Assembly: GCF_002113885.1 (NCBI RefSeq)
Contig: NW_018404396.1
Location: forward strand, 588,503-652,502
DNA from: Mizuhopecten yessoensis
Taxonomy: Eukaryota
Length of the DNA: 64,000 nt
Direction: 5' to 3'
Numbering within the stretch: the first letter of the stretch is position 1; every line of letters begins with the position of its first letter. Under the pieces are notes generated by a model. The model did no database searches, had not been told where the DNA came from, and was given only the letters and a program-made list of their open reading frames with translations. Below, piece after piece: positions 26,801 to 40,700 of this stretch. A program made the position numbers and the translations under genes.

Positions 26801-26995
26801 CCAAACCGACACATAATAGCACCCAAACCTACACATAATTACACCCAAACTCACACATTATAACATCCAAACCTACACATAATAACACTCAAACCTACAC
26901 ATAATTACACCCTAACTTACACCTAATAACACTCAAACCTACATATAATAACACCCAAACCTATACATAATTACACCAAAACCTACACATATTAA
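23880..26995. repeat. 22-bp satellite (ACACATAATAACACCCAAACCT/G), roughly 140 copies, with a 44-bp higher-order core
   Basis: Direct reading. It explains the CVGLGVIMCRFGCYYV ORFs. Confidence 0.97.
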
Positions 26996-28044
26996 CACTT
27001 AAAAATACACGTTTAACAAACACATACATATAATTTGTAAACATATTTACACACTCATATCTACACAAGTTAGCCCATGCAATCTTACAATTATTAGCCC
27101 AATCAATTTTAGAGTTATGAACTCAAACTTAAACCAAATAGTGTATAAAAAGAAACACTTATTAGATTGTCTAAAAACTGTAGTCAAACAATGGTCCACC
27201 TCTAACGGATCTGTTTTTGTATTCTTATTTAGCTGATTAATATAAAGATAATTAAATAATGAAAGAAAAATACAATTTCAGATATATTGACGAAGTTTCG
27301 TCTTTGAAGAACCAAATCTCATTATTCTTCATACAATCATTGATCTAAAATTAAAGATCCTACTTACTTCTTTACTTTAACTTTTTATCTTGACATTTAC
27401 CGACAGTAATTTAATTTAATATGTCATAGTTGATAGGCGACTACAGAGCCTGTATCAGGATTGTCTCGATAGACGTGTCCTGTTGATCAATACACTACTG
27501 ACAGACCCCCCTGTAGTCTGAAGACAGTATTAACTCGTCATCAACAGGATTTCTAACTGTTATATTAAACTCATTCACCCCTGAAATTTCACAATAAATT
27601 ATCCCAACCTTTGAATTGAAAGAGTTCAAATATGTCTTTATGGGTGAATGAGTGAAGGATCTACCATGACACGTGTCTACTATGTCGCTTCCGTTTACAA
27701 GAAACATCAGGATTGGTGTCACATGCTGTGCGAGAAAAGCTTACCGAAGCACTTAGTTTTGTTTGGAGTTTTTATGGTGGAGTTTTTATTGGGGTCCATT
27801 GTTTTTTCTGTTGTTTTGATATTTCCCCGGTTTCGATATTTCCCAAGTTTTAAAATTCCCCCGGTTTTGACATTTCTCCGGTTTCAATATTTCCCTGGTT
27901 CTTTTTTAGTTCGGTAGCAAAATTTCCCGGCAGACTGTTAGCATTCTTATGGGAAGTTTTCTTGTTCTCGTACAGAACTGGTAACAAAAACCCTCCCAGG
28001 TCCTTCACATGCACTTTAAAAAGAATGACGATGTGTTTTTTTCA

Positions 28045-28350
28045 AATAAGGACATGACAGACTCATTTACATCTGCTGCTTATCGCGATATTTACTTATA
28101 ACATGTCCAACAGGGACGTCTTACAACTAAGCTTAAGATAAGCAATTCTAATTTTACCTACTTTGAATTTTCACTCTCTTGATAGTAACACCTCTGCTTT
28201 CCAAACTTACGATGTTTAAATATTTGAGGCTTTTGATTTATTATTTAAGAGCTTGTCCCTAATATCATGATTTCTTTGATAGATACCAGGTTCTGACGGA
28301 CAAACTTACAGCACAAGGTTTCGAGGGACGCAGTTGATGAAGATCTTTGA
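28045..28350 (+). mobile_element. Decayed Penelope-like reverse transcriptase fragment (C-terminal/thumb region)
   Basis: Broken translation TDSFTSAAYRDIYL*...GRLTTKL-DK...NFHSLDSN...YDV*I...RACP*YHDFFDRYQVLTDKLTAQGF follows the PLE pattern SASYLDL..GRL.TKLYDK..NFP.L.SN..YGVYISQL.R..RAC..Y.DF..R...LT.KLL.QGF. Confidence 0.7.
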
Positions 28351-29337
28351 CTTGGATTCTTAAAAGTTTCGAATTATGTATTGAATTAAACCATGCAAGG
28401 TGATGATTTAAAATTCATTTCTACTTGGGTTTATTAAGGATTTAAATGATAATACAAGCCATGAAATTGCAAACATAATATCCATAAACAGGGGAAAATA
28501 GTGAAAGCAAAACAAAATTCCACAAACTATGTGGATATGCAGTGCATACATATAACGATGCATTACATTGAACATTAAAATAACATGATAGAGAAACAGG
28601 TCTGTGTGATTTAATCAGGATAGAGACAAAAGAAGTTGGGAAAGACACATGAAGTAATAGTATATCAATGTTGTTTACCCAAAGATTATCTTAAAGTCTT
28701 AATAATTACTAGAAATGAAGCATCTACAGTGTAGTTAAAATTTTGGTTGTACATGCAGAAAGTCAATATTTGTCTTTCTCGTGTATTATCTATTTGCATT
28801 TATGAAATTAAAAGTGTACGTATTTAATACAATAACATGTGACAAAATGGGTCCAAGATGATTGCGTAAGGTACAGCAACGTAACGGTGCTGCCGAAGTA
28901 GAAATATAGGCTTCGGGTGAATGATTAAGGTAAAGCGTGCTTGTGGTACCTGCCTAACTGAAGTAAAAATATTTGTTCCGCGTGAAAGATTACGGGACGC
29001 CATGTTTGTGGTGCTACCTAGCTCAGCAGAAATATGGTTTCCGTTGAAGGATTTAGGTACGCCGTACGTGTATTTTGTGCTACCTAGACGAATCAGAAAT
29101 ATGGGTTCCGTTAAATTATTTTTGGTATGCCGTGTTTTTGGTGCCGCCTAGACGAAGCAGAAATGCGAGTGAGTATGAATGTTTTAAACAACGTGTATTA
29201 ATTCACGATTGGGTTGCAATGCCACATGTCCGTTGAGTAGGTACTTACTTAAATTATTTTCTGTTGTAACCAAAAGTTGCAACAGAAAATATGTTATTCC
29301 ATTAGTATTTTATGAACACGATGCCAGAATAAATTCC

Positions 29338-29670
29338 ACCTATAAGGCTACGACCAACTAATAAAGTCAACCTACAAAGTTACGGCCAACTAATAAAGTC
29401 AACCTACAAGGTTACGGCCAACTAATAAAGCCAACCTACAAGGTTACGGCCAACTAATAAAGCCAACCTACAAGGTTAATGCCAACTAATAAAGTCAACC
29501 TACAAGGTTACGGCCAACTAATAAAGTCGACCTACAAGGTTACGGCCAACTAATAAAGTCGTAATAAGGTTACGGCCAACTAATAAAGTCAACCTACAAG
29601 GTTACGGCCAACTAATAAAGTCGACCTACAAGGTTACGGCCGACTAATAAAGTCAACCTACAAGGTTACG
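29338..29670. repeat. 32-bp minisatellite (ACCTACAAGGTTACGGCCAACTAATAAAGTCA), ~10 copies
   Basis: Direct reading. Confidence 0.95.
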
Positions 29671-30742
29671 TAAAATTATTACTAGGAACAGGATTTTTGT
29701 TATAAAGGTCGATGCAGATAGCATAACAATGTTAAACTCCACCATATGGCTATGTCGTACATTTAGGTCTCATCAGTGTTACTGAAATTTAAAAAAATGT
29801 TAATCCAAGTCTGCAGTGTTCCGAAACAGTTAAAGAAATACAGCAGTAGGGGAAATGTGCTTATAATGCCCGTTTTAACGTTATACATTTACAACTTTAA
29901 TTACCACAGTTAATGTATTCTGAAACAAGTATTTTTTGTTAACCATAGTAGAATGAATTCCACCATCATCGTTACGGTCAACCTCGGAGACTGATAGTCC
30001 ACCAGTATAGTCAACTGATCTTGTTACGTAAAATAAGTACTAGAAATACGGAAAAAGGAACACCTATTTAAAGCAAAGAACCTAAATAGATTTCACACTC
30101 TGTGTAAAATTAACAAAGGATAATTTGATATTTCATGAACAATAAATGCAGCTGCAATGTAATACTATTGTTCTATAGTACATTAACGATAACATATATC
30201 CAGCCTGCACAATAGTAATCATATAATGATTCATATTATGCACATCACAGTTCGAATGAGCGAGGAACCACTTTCCTATATTGAATTAATCATTTCAGAA
30301 ACGTTGGGAAATATGTATATTTATGTAATATTGGAAAAAAAAAATTAAACATTCTGAGTTTATTCATTTATATTTACATTTCTACTGAACTTGGACTTAA
30401 TATACCTACTTAACATTTTAAAGGTTATTTTTCAATGAACTTTTCAGTTGGCGTATGAATACATCAGCATATTATCAACCTAATTACTCTGTTATTCCGC
30501 GGAGCGCGGGAAGTAGTTCCATTAATAGATTGTTTTCAATTTGTTGTTTTTTTGTCAGAAGAATTTAATTGAATTCAAAAAATAATTTACATCTTTATTT
30601 GCTTATTCATCTTAACAGAACGACGTCTCACAGTGAGTGATGACGTCATAAGTTTTGATACCTTTCGTGGTGTTAGACTTGCACAAGACCGATATTTTAG
30701 AAATTATCCGAACAAATATCAATATCGCTCTGAATGTTAATA

Positions 30743-30901
30743 TAAGGATAGAATCCCATTTTGTTGAGGTTTATGGGGTATAAGCCTCAATGGGTCTTGA
30801 GACAAATTCAAAATGAACTGCTTCGTAGTTCATAAAATTTGTCTCAAGACCAATTGAGGTTTATACCCCATAAACCTCTACAAAACAGAATTCAATCCGT
30901 A
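30743..30901. mobile_element. ~160-bp palindromic (fold-back/MITE-like) element
   Basis: GAGGTTTATGGGGTATAAGCCTCAATGGGTCTTGAGACAAATT pairs with AATTTGTCTCAAGACCAATTGAGGTTTATACCCCATAAACCTC. The centre is GAACTGC-TTC-GTAGTTC. Confidence 0.8.
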
Positions 30902-33039
30902 AATATATACGACAGTTCTTATAAAAATAATCAATTTCTGCATATGCATATATAAAACTTACTTGCACAGAATCAGTTAAATCTCTGGGTTAGTTTTTAT
31001 AGCTTATTTAAATTATTGAGGGTTTTAATATTTCAAAATTAGTCGATTTGATAGAGCACATAACTATATGATGAGCAAACAGCTACTATTCCTTTGAAAT
31101 TTATCGTTTAGTTTTTTGTTTTTCCTCTCTTGTTTGGTGTCATGTTTTCCGTCGACCTTGACTTCTGGTTTTGCATGTTTTACTTTAATATAAAAGTTAT
31201 TTTACATGAAGACTCAAATAAACAAATCATCATTGTTGATATTGATATAATACACTAACTATGCACCGATAAATAGTTGTTGCTCTTATATCGTAGAATT
31301 GCATGACACTTTGGGACACAATGGGAAAATCATCTTGCTGGGTTCTCAGAAATGCATTATCATTAACCAACAAGTATATCTACATAATATGGATACTGAA
31401 TGAAGCAAGTGATTTCACATAAAAAAACAACATTATACTTAGCTCTCGATATCTCCACCCACAGTAATACTAATCAATCTAATTAATTTACCTTTATGTT
31501 TAATGTGGGAATGTATATATACTCCATGTACTTGTATATTTTATTTATTTATTCTTTAACACCCTTGCAGTTAACATCAACGAATATTCAAGCCATTAAT
31601 ATATTCGAATTATATTCGTTATTCAAATTAAACGCGAAGAGATAAATGCATGGTAATAAGTTTTTTTTTATAATAATGTATTAACTTTACGTACTTAGTG
31701 TGGCTTTTTGTTTTCATTATTTGATCTGAAGTATTTGTGATGGTAAATATATAGAAAAGAAAAACGAAAAAATCAGGGGATTTCCTAATTAACCTCTTCT
31801 CTTGGAAAAAGTGAAAGATATATAGCTATACATGTTTCATAAGTAATAACGACAGAAAGGTCCAATATGGGCACTGGATCCGAACAGACACATGCTCGTT
31901 AGATGTGTATTTCGTTAATAAATACATTGTCCTATTGCTTCTTTGCTTATTAATGGATGGATTGTATGATATCTACATTTAGTGTTTGACATATTTATAT
32001 ATTGTTTTACGCGTAAATGCACTATATGACATTTACATATATATTAATGACATGTATCTCTTATTTTTAAAAAAGATTCTATTGAATGATAAACAAAAAG
32101 ATTTCATATTTGAATGTTGTTTTTATACATAAGCTTGTCGATTATAACAATGGATCGTAATAACAAAAATGCTTACAAAATCATAAGATTGAAAAGATAT
32201 AAAGATTTATTTTTTTTGCATTATCATATGTAAAAATACTAAGAAATCTATGTCAGTTGATTAGATCGCATATGCAAAGATATGTTTTAGATATTCCTAA
32301 ATTGAATTAAACATTTGATTCAATAAATGGTTGGGCTATTAAGGAGACTTATGTTGCACATTTTTTTTAAAGATCTTATGGTTCAATCTTTTATGAATAT
32401 TCAATGTATAATTAAAATTACACTATGGTGAGAATAAATTTCACATTCAGAATTAAGGTATCCATTTGCTTCACTGATTGCTGAGAGTTTATTAGTATTG
32501 TATTATTCGTTTTCTTGATTTTTATTGTACCATAATTGCCAATTTATTGAATATAAATCAGCGGAAGGGAACATATTGAAAAAGGAATATAACTGATTTT
32601 CTCGCTTTTTCCTTTTTTTAGAAAACGGTGTTCAATTGTTCAATTTTAAAACGCTGTAGAAATGAGAACACATGGAGACAATACAATATTACAACACTCA
32701 TAGGAACAATGTCATCTAACATACACTTCTCTCAACCCATTTAATGGTAAAATGTCAAACTTTTTTGCCTAAAGTATGAGAGATACTTTTTTCTTTTTCA
32801 CTTCAAAACTGATATTGAATTCGACACTTTACATCAATCATTTAGAACACTATTTTTCCGATACTGTTACAACATTGATAACGAAAGTAGTGCACAGAGG
32901 AAGGCTGATGTAAGCGATAAACGAGCCCACAGAGGAAGGCTGATGTAAGCGATAAACAATCCCTTACCTTCTCATCTCCTCGAACACGAGCGGGCTACAG
33001 AAAAGAGAGAAGCATGTGATCAACAAAGTAGCATCAGTG

Positions 33040-33322
33040 TTTAAACAAAACTCTGCAATGTAAATAAAGCTCAGCAAAGTAAACAAAACTCAGCAATGAA
33101 AACAAAACTCAGCAATGTAAACAAAGCTCCGCAATGTAAACAAAACTCAGCAATGTAAACAAAACTCAGCAATGTAAACAAAGCTCAGCAATGTAAACAA
33201 AACTAAAAAAAAACAGCAATGTAAACAAAACTCAGCAATGAAAACAAAACTCAGCAATGTAAACAAAGCTCAGCAATGTAAACAAAACTCAGCAATGGAA
33301 ACAAAGCTCAGCAATGGAAACG
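33040..33322. repeat. 19-bp minisatellite (AAACAAAACTCAGCAATGT), ~15 copies
   Basis: Direct reading. Confidence 0.93.
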
Positions 33323-34577
33323 ACATTAGTGTAAGTTAAAGTAATGACTTATTCAATATGAAAAATAAGCCCTTATCAGTTGTAACAATCGAGCATAACT
33401 TTAAATATGAAACATCCTATCGTTTTATGCCGGTTTTATATGCTAAAAAATCAATAAGAGCCGAGTGAAACGATGTTTCAGAAAAGGATTTTGCGACATG
33501 TATATTGGACCGCTTTGTCTCTCTACAACTACAACACCCATACATGTATCTACTTCTGGTTGTTTTGAGTGGGGATGCTCTGAACAAAAAACAACTTCTA
33601 TCTATGGTCAAGAATTCAGTTGTTTATCGATGCTTATATACCAAAATGAATAGTATATACAAAATATTAACAATATTCGATGAACGTAAAATGTTTGTAC
33701 TTGTTTCACATTTCACTTGAAGATGTCATATAATGTATATTGAAGTGTTTATATGATACAAAGCACTTGACTTATTGTTTTGGGATAGTGGTCATCGAGT
33801 GAAATTAAGGTGTTTGTACGACTTCCTCTTCCTCAACCCATCTGTTAATCGGATAGACTCATAGACAGTCGGCGTGTAATTTGATGATTATTCAATATAC
33901 TCGCGGAAGTGTTGAAGGGCCGGAGAAACTAGGAAGACAGGCTCGACCACTGATGGGAGATCCCCACACAAAAACACATATATATACTTCAATTTATGAA
34001 GAATTTTAATGGTATTTTTATATTTCTTTTTCTAACAATGAGGTAAATGCAAACTAACGTTTTAAAGATAAACGTAACACACGCACCTTAGGTGATTGCA
34101 CATTTAAAATCTGGTCACAGAAACAGTATGTGGAAAAGTAATTACACTGTGCCATACATCTGTCTCGTCCTTGTAGGAATCGTCTGTGATTTTGGAGCCA
34201 AAACGTTGGAAATCCAAATAGGTATAAACTGAAGAGGAGATGCGTAAAATCCTTTGATTTATGAATCTCAAAATAGAGGGGACTGGTAAATTTCGTAGTA
34301 ATGAGTAGGGTGTGTATGTCATGAACCGTACCACTACGCAAAAGATATTATGGCTACCAAGGTTACAGCAAACCTAGAAATCCATCAGCAAGGTCCACCA
34401 ACTTGTATCATGTCGTACATAACCACACAGGATTGCACTTTTAAAAATTGGTAATTGACTGCACCATTCAGTTGTTTCGTCCTTCAAGGTATATTTTTAA
34501 ATTTATAAAGTAAAAGTAAATTAAGTAATTTGGTAAAACTACGTACTGTAGCATTCACAAACAAGAACAATCTAAAC

Positions 34578-34760
34578 CTCAGCATCAACACACAAGGATA
34601 AATACACCACCACGTCAACACTCAAAGGCAACTTATACACTAGTTTCAATGTACAAAGACAAAATATATCACAGCATCAACAAACAAGGACAAAATATAT
34701 CACAGCATCAACACACAATGATACATATACCACAGCATCAACAATCAAAGCCATCTTATC
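34578..34760. repeat. Degenerate ~30-bp repeat (CACAGCATCAACA...AAATATAT)
   Basis: About six recognisable copies. Confidence 0.6.
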
Positions 34761-37700
34761 AATCAATACACAAGAATAATATCGGAATTTTAAGTTGGTC
34801 CAAATAGAACAATACTACGAATTCCGGAGATGAGAAACAATAACGTCATGAGCCCCCATTAAAACAGCATAAACCCAGGTATTCCAGAAGGGTAAGCGTG
34901 TTCTGCATTCAATACGGTGTCTGCCATATCCAGGGATTCGCTCTCTAACGTTCTCTACACTTTGGAATAAGTCATGAAGAAATTCAGGCTCTAAAGTTGT
35001 CACCTTATTGATGATATAAAAGAAAAACTAGTTTCGCCCTTTGATGTACAAAAAAGGATAGCACGTAACGTAACTGTACAGTGGATGAACTTTGAAGTTG
35101 GGTGTTGCTCCTCTGTAGTACTCAAATGAATAGTGTATCAGCATACCGATCAGTCAGGTCCTTTTTTTATCTGAAACTAATCAAATGGCTAACCCCGTGT
35201 CTTTAAGTTTGTCATTACATATCCCAGAGGTGTAGGAAAAGCAAGTGAGCGTACAATTCTAATATGCCAAAAGTAGGCTTCCGACGATTCAAAACGATGT
35301 AAACAACTCCTGATGGTAGACACTAAGATCTCGTAGTTAGAGTTCAGATCCTGATGGCGAACGTAACAAATATATCAACATGAATCGAAGCCTGTTTTTT
35401 TAGGAAACCATGGATAATTGGTTGTTGAATAATAATTATAATCAATACGACATATTTATCTAGAGAGTAATGATACGTAGAACAGCCGAATTTGCAATAG
35501 CAAACTCTGTAGACAGTATGTTTCTCAAGTTTTTTGGGGAAAAAATCTGTTGAATACCACAGTTGTCATTGTTGATCGATTCCAATGTCATCCTTTTGAT
35601 GACAGGTGTATACGTTTAAAGATAAACATTAATCAGTCAACTGATAAACTCATTCAGTCACTTTGATTGGTTAAATGCTTGAGCTATAAAACTTGGTGAT
35701 TAAAGCTTGGCGCCCTTTTTATCGCATGGCTCCATTTCGGACAATTATCCGCGGTGACGTAACATATGGATGCTTAAATTTTAAACGTTGTTACCTTTAC
35801 GCAACTCAGAATTGATTACAGAACAATAACGATACCAAAATATTTGTAATTATTTTAAAATATCATTTAGGTAAATAAATTGACAAAATTTTAGTAATTA
35901 ATTCAGCAAGGCAGACCTCAGGTACTACTTGATGGTGTTGTCACACAACTCCTATACTTACTAAACTAGACACATTTCACTGATATGAGTGTACTTTATA
36001 ATAACAAAATAAAATACACCAGGAGGTGTACGTGTAAAAGTGTAAGCAATACGTTTGTTCTGTTTTTATTACGTTCTTAAGTTTAATAAATTCTTTTTAA
36101 TCCTGCTCAAGTTCTTTGCATTTCTGTTTTAATGGAAGCTCGGTAATATATCCACCATGTATCTCGATATCACAGTAAAGAGATGTACATGAAATAAAAA
36201 TTAACCGTTGATACAATAAGAGAAATAAAAGTGTGAAGATGTATAAATAGCCACGTGGCAGGGGTTAAAATGGCATGTACACTCTATGGCGTCGTGGGAG
36301 GCAGACATAATACCGGATATTGTCCGACAGATGATCCGGACATATATACGTTTAATGTTACAGCCAAGACAGATAATCCAGTATTTGTACCCCGTATTTA
36401 ATGTAGATAGTTTTTTCAAACAGATGGGACATACACCGCCTGTTTACTCGTCTGACATATGTCCTGTAACATCTTCACTTTATGACGGGTATTTACTATA
36501 ATTGTGATGTTACTATTACTATTTACATACAAGATACTCTAGGTTACCCCGGAAATACATGCAAGGAAAATTGTCAAATAATTTTTGAGTTCATTTAGAA
36601 TCCATTGTTATATTAATGTGTATACCATATGGCTTTATTTACCGTTATTGCTATGGCCGATAAGTTTGGTATCATACTTCCTTTTAACAAGTACGTAGTA
36701 CATAAGGGATTTTTAAGATCAAAACGAAGATATTATTGATCTAATGTTACACAAAAGACAAACCGTCTGGCCAGGATATACACCTGTCAGGAATCTCTTC
36801 TTTGTCGTCGATAAGTAGCTGTTATTGTCGAAAAAGATAAATTATTAATTTGTTACAGAATATGAATAATGAAGTAAAGGAAGTGAGAGAACAAAATGCT
36901 ATATTCAAATCAGTTTAAGGATGTAAACATATCTAAGGGGTATGTTCCACTGATTAAAAGCTACATAATGATAACTCTGTGTGAGATCTAAATTAGCATA
37001 TTCCGCTGAATACCTGATGTCAGTTTCTGAAATACTGAAGTTATCGTATATTGATATCAATCAACTTTACCCATTAACACAACATTAAAATATGTCTTCT
37101 ACAAAGATTAGAAATACTCGACACGAGAAAAAAAACCTACTTGAGGAGGATTTCTATAACAACAATAGGCAGGGAACTGCGTGTGATGAAAAACACATGT
37201 TCCCTCGGTCATAGTAAATTACATATAATCGGTGTTTATTCATTCACATCACGACCGATAGTTTGTCGCAATCTCTATAGACAGTTTTTCTCATGTGTAC
37301 TCCATACGTTTTACACTGCCTGTAATATTTCATATTATTTTCATTTCAATACCTGTCCTAGTGTTATAAAAGTTTAAGGTTTATACGCATGCATAAGCAT
37401 AAAAGTGTTTGGCTTGATTTTGATGACATCCTAAGAGATAACGTATTTAGACTCGGTGGTACTAGGGTCAGGCAGATACAACGCTAAATTAACACGATAG
37501 TTTATCGTCAGTCGGCTGGGAAAGATGAATTTTAAAATGGTAATGAAAACACATTATGCTAAACTAATTTTGCTATTTACATGCAAACTGTTTAGTCGGT
37601 ATTTCCTATATTTGTTATGCATTATTACCATTAGATAGAAATGATGTTATCAGCTGTAATGAATTATTATAATTGATAAAAAAAACAGGTGGTTTGACAT

Positions 37701-40700
37701 TATGTTTTCATATCAATATGTCCAAATGCAAACGTATCGTAAATCGACTGATGAATCATAAGAATTAATAAACAGCTATCAAACATTTTTATGTTGGTTG
37801 TTGGTGTCTCGAAGCGATTACATTGAGCTCTGTATGAGTTGTGAAATCAATCAGTCCTAGCGCCGCACGTACCGATCGCCTTCAATGGGCGCTCAGTGGG
37901 CGCTCAGTAGGCGCTCTCAGGACATGTAACCACTACCTTCGTTAATTAGCAGTACGACCAACACGTGCAGAGATGAAACGGTCGGTACGCAGACTCGAAC
38001 AACGACCGTGTGCCAGTCCACCAAGGTATCTGGGACGTCACTCGGCCGGCCCTCACACCTGGACCGAAGTATTTACGTGGATCAGTCAAATTACATCGCA
38101 TCGAGCTTTTCATCATTACAAAATGTCAGCAGATTGGAATAAAGGAAATTCAACACCACTGATAGACACATGAGGACGACACACACAAGTGCCTATCGCC
38201 TCCAGTCAACGAGGCTGAGCAAAATCAAGAGAAAATTGGAAACTCTCCCGAGAAATCATCCTTGCCAAAATTTTCATTTTATCATAGTTCTCAGGTTACA
38301 TAGAAATCGTGGGGATATTTTGCAACAAAAGTTGCATTACATTCCGCTGGTAAATTGGGGAATTTTGTTCAAACAAACTGCCTACTACATCAACATGTGT
38401 TACCTGAGACTTGGTAATCGGGGACGTCTAGAGTAAGCCATGCTCTAATTAAGTACGTTTAATGGAAGATTCTGCCTAACGATTGTGACAATTTTAATCA
38501 TCCCAATGTCAACGGACTGTAGTGATTTCTACTCTAACAGCACCGGTACACATGTCACCGAGTGCCGAGACTGTTTACACATAGCCATTAACAAGACGCG
38601 TCGTTTGTACAACACCTTGTCAGGTTTGGGGACAAATAAAAACACAGATGTACCATTTACATCACCTATAATCCATCAGTTTTGTTAGTATCTCCAAACA
38701 AATCAACATTTGAACTCGGTACGATGTCATTAGATATAAAACGGGAACGATGACAAAACAGATCTGACAATGACTGTGAGATGCATTCGTGCATTTTTTC
38801 ACGGCGAAACAATATCGTTGACTACGGTTATGTTGTTTTATAGAATTTCAGTGTGTCGCCGCACATAGCCAACACGTTGACGTAACATAGGTAACAATAT
38901 AGGTCTATAGACATACAGAATTTCCTTTGAATTCTACAGTTGTAATGGAGATAAAGACAGCTTGTATATATGTTGGTCTAAAGTGAATGATAATAATGAA
39001 ACAATGTACCTAAGGTGAAATCAACGAAGGACACATATCTCTCACCTTTCTTAGAACGCTTAGAGAGGCATCTTCACTAAACACAATACGTAACTTTACT
39101 GTTAAAGGTGTGATCGTTTTAAATTTATAAAAAAATGCATGCTAGTACAATCACATACATTAAGGCGTAGGCAGTTATGCACTGAATCATTTGTAATAAA
39201 ACCTTTTGACATAGGTATCAATACAACTCACAAGTTTACTGTAAAACCAATGGGAAAATTTTATTTTGAATGTCAATTCTCCTTATTTACAAAATGTGTA
39301 ACAAACAAACTTTGAGTAAGTATAAAATATAAAAAAAATCATCCTCATACCTCATACTTTTGTGAACTTTGCTGAAGCTTTTTCACAAAAAAACATATGA
39401 CGAACTCATTTTAGATCATCAGTATCATCTCCCCAGGACTTTAATCAGGGATATACCTAGAGCTATATCAAGGAACATCCTAGAAATATATTCATGGATC
39501 TCCAGAGAACTTTACCCTGGATCACTCCAGGACAATATTCAGGATTTTCCCAAACCTAAATTCAGGATCCTCATTGTTTTTTAGATCAGTGAAGAACTAT
39601 ACTCAGAAATTCCCCAGAGCTGCGCACATTTAACATATCTTACCTTTATAATCAGGAGTTGTACTGATATATTTCTCTCACTCTGTTTTTTTTCTCCATT
39701 ATATTAAGCAGTATACTTGACTATATGGTCGGGAAAGAAGGATGGGGAAGCAGTTATAATAGCAACATTTGTGTATCGGTAGGTGGGATGTGTGTAGATG
39801 TCCGTGAGTGAGAGAATGAATATCTTCTTTACGTCCGTGGAGTCTACAAATAATCCAAGACCATGAAATAAGTTTCTGTATGGCCTATAAAGATAGTGTT
39901 TCTTTTAATTTGAAAGCTCTTCACATATGCTGACAAGCATGACGTTTATTTATTTCTGACATTGTACAACATTTCTCGTGATAATTTTCATATTTATATT
40001 CCGGCTGTGGATCTTGTGCGATCACCCTTCACTCGCCTTCCACATTAATCAGCTTCTAACAATGTCACTGTCATAACCGCAAGCTGAATAGCGTCCCGAA
40101 CGCTACCCACCCGACAAATCGCGGGTATATCTGATATAGATCAGGGGAATCAAACTGCCTTTCATTGGTTATGTTCATTTGCTAGAGACTCCTTTTGTTT
40201 AGGACTTGTCAGTGTGAGGGAAGAGCCTCTTAAGGTAATTAATTCTATTGTCACCGAGTGTCAACCATCATCATTTTGTGGTTTTATTAGACTTAGTTTC
40301 AAATTGATAGTTGTTTTATCAGGGTTGATCTAAGCCCCGCCACTTCCCCCACGCCATCGCTGTCGGCTAGTGATGCGACTCATTGGCCTGTTGAGGGTCA
40401 AATGCAGAGGAGCTCTCACTAACCGTCATACGGCTTCTTCGTACTCCAACGTCAGCATGGCGGGGGCTTTAACCAATAACAGTTTACCGTATAGGATGGC
40501 CACATGAAACTACCACCCGTGGTATACATATGACATGCAGGCTTTATATAAACGATAAAGATTGAATGCGACCTGTATATTCGTTGTGGGTGTTTGGAGC
40601 TGTCACAATGAGTGTGTGCATGACAATATGATTATTCGAAACTCATATGGTGTTTAATTTGTCCATTGGGGTTTTAAAACTTAAATATTAAATATATCTA

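Noticed and set aside
29338-29670. CRISPR-like 32-bp repeats
   Set aside because: The units are head-to-tail with no unique spacers, there are no cas genes and the context is eukaryotic. The same applies to the other arrays.
29740-29790. Hammerhead-like CTGATGAG on the minus strand
   Set aside because: The GAAA core is replaced by GACA, stem II is imperfect and no convincing stems I/III are present. GAAAC-NN(N)-GTC hits near 27290 and 50443 lack the CTGANGA box.
32893-32957. 30-bp direct duplication CACAGAGGAAGGCTGATGTAAGCGATAAAC
   Set aside because: A simple two-copy local duplication with no further structure.
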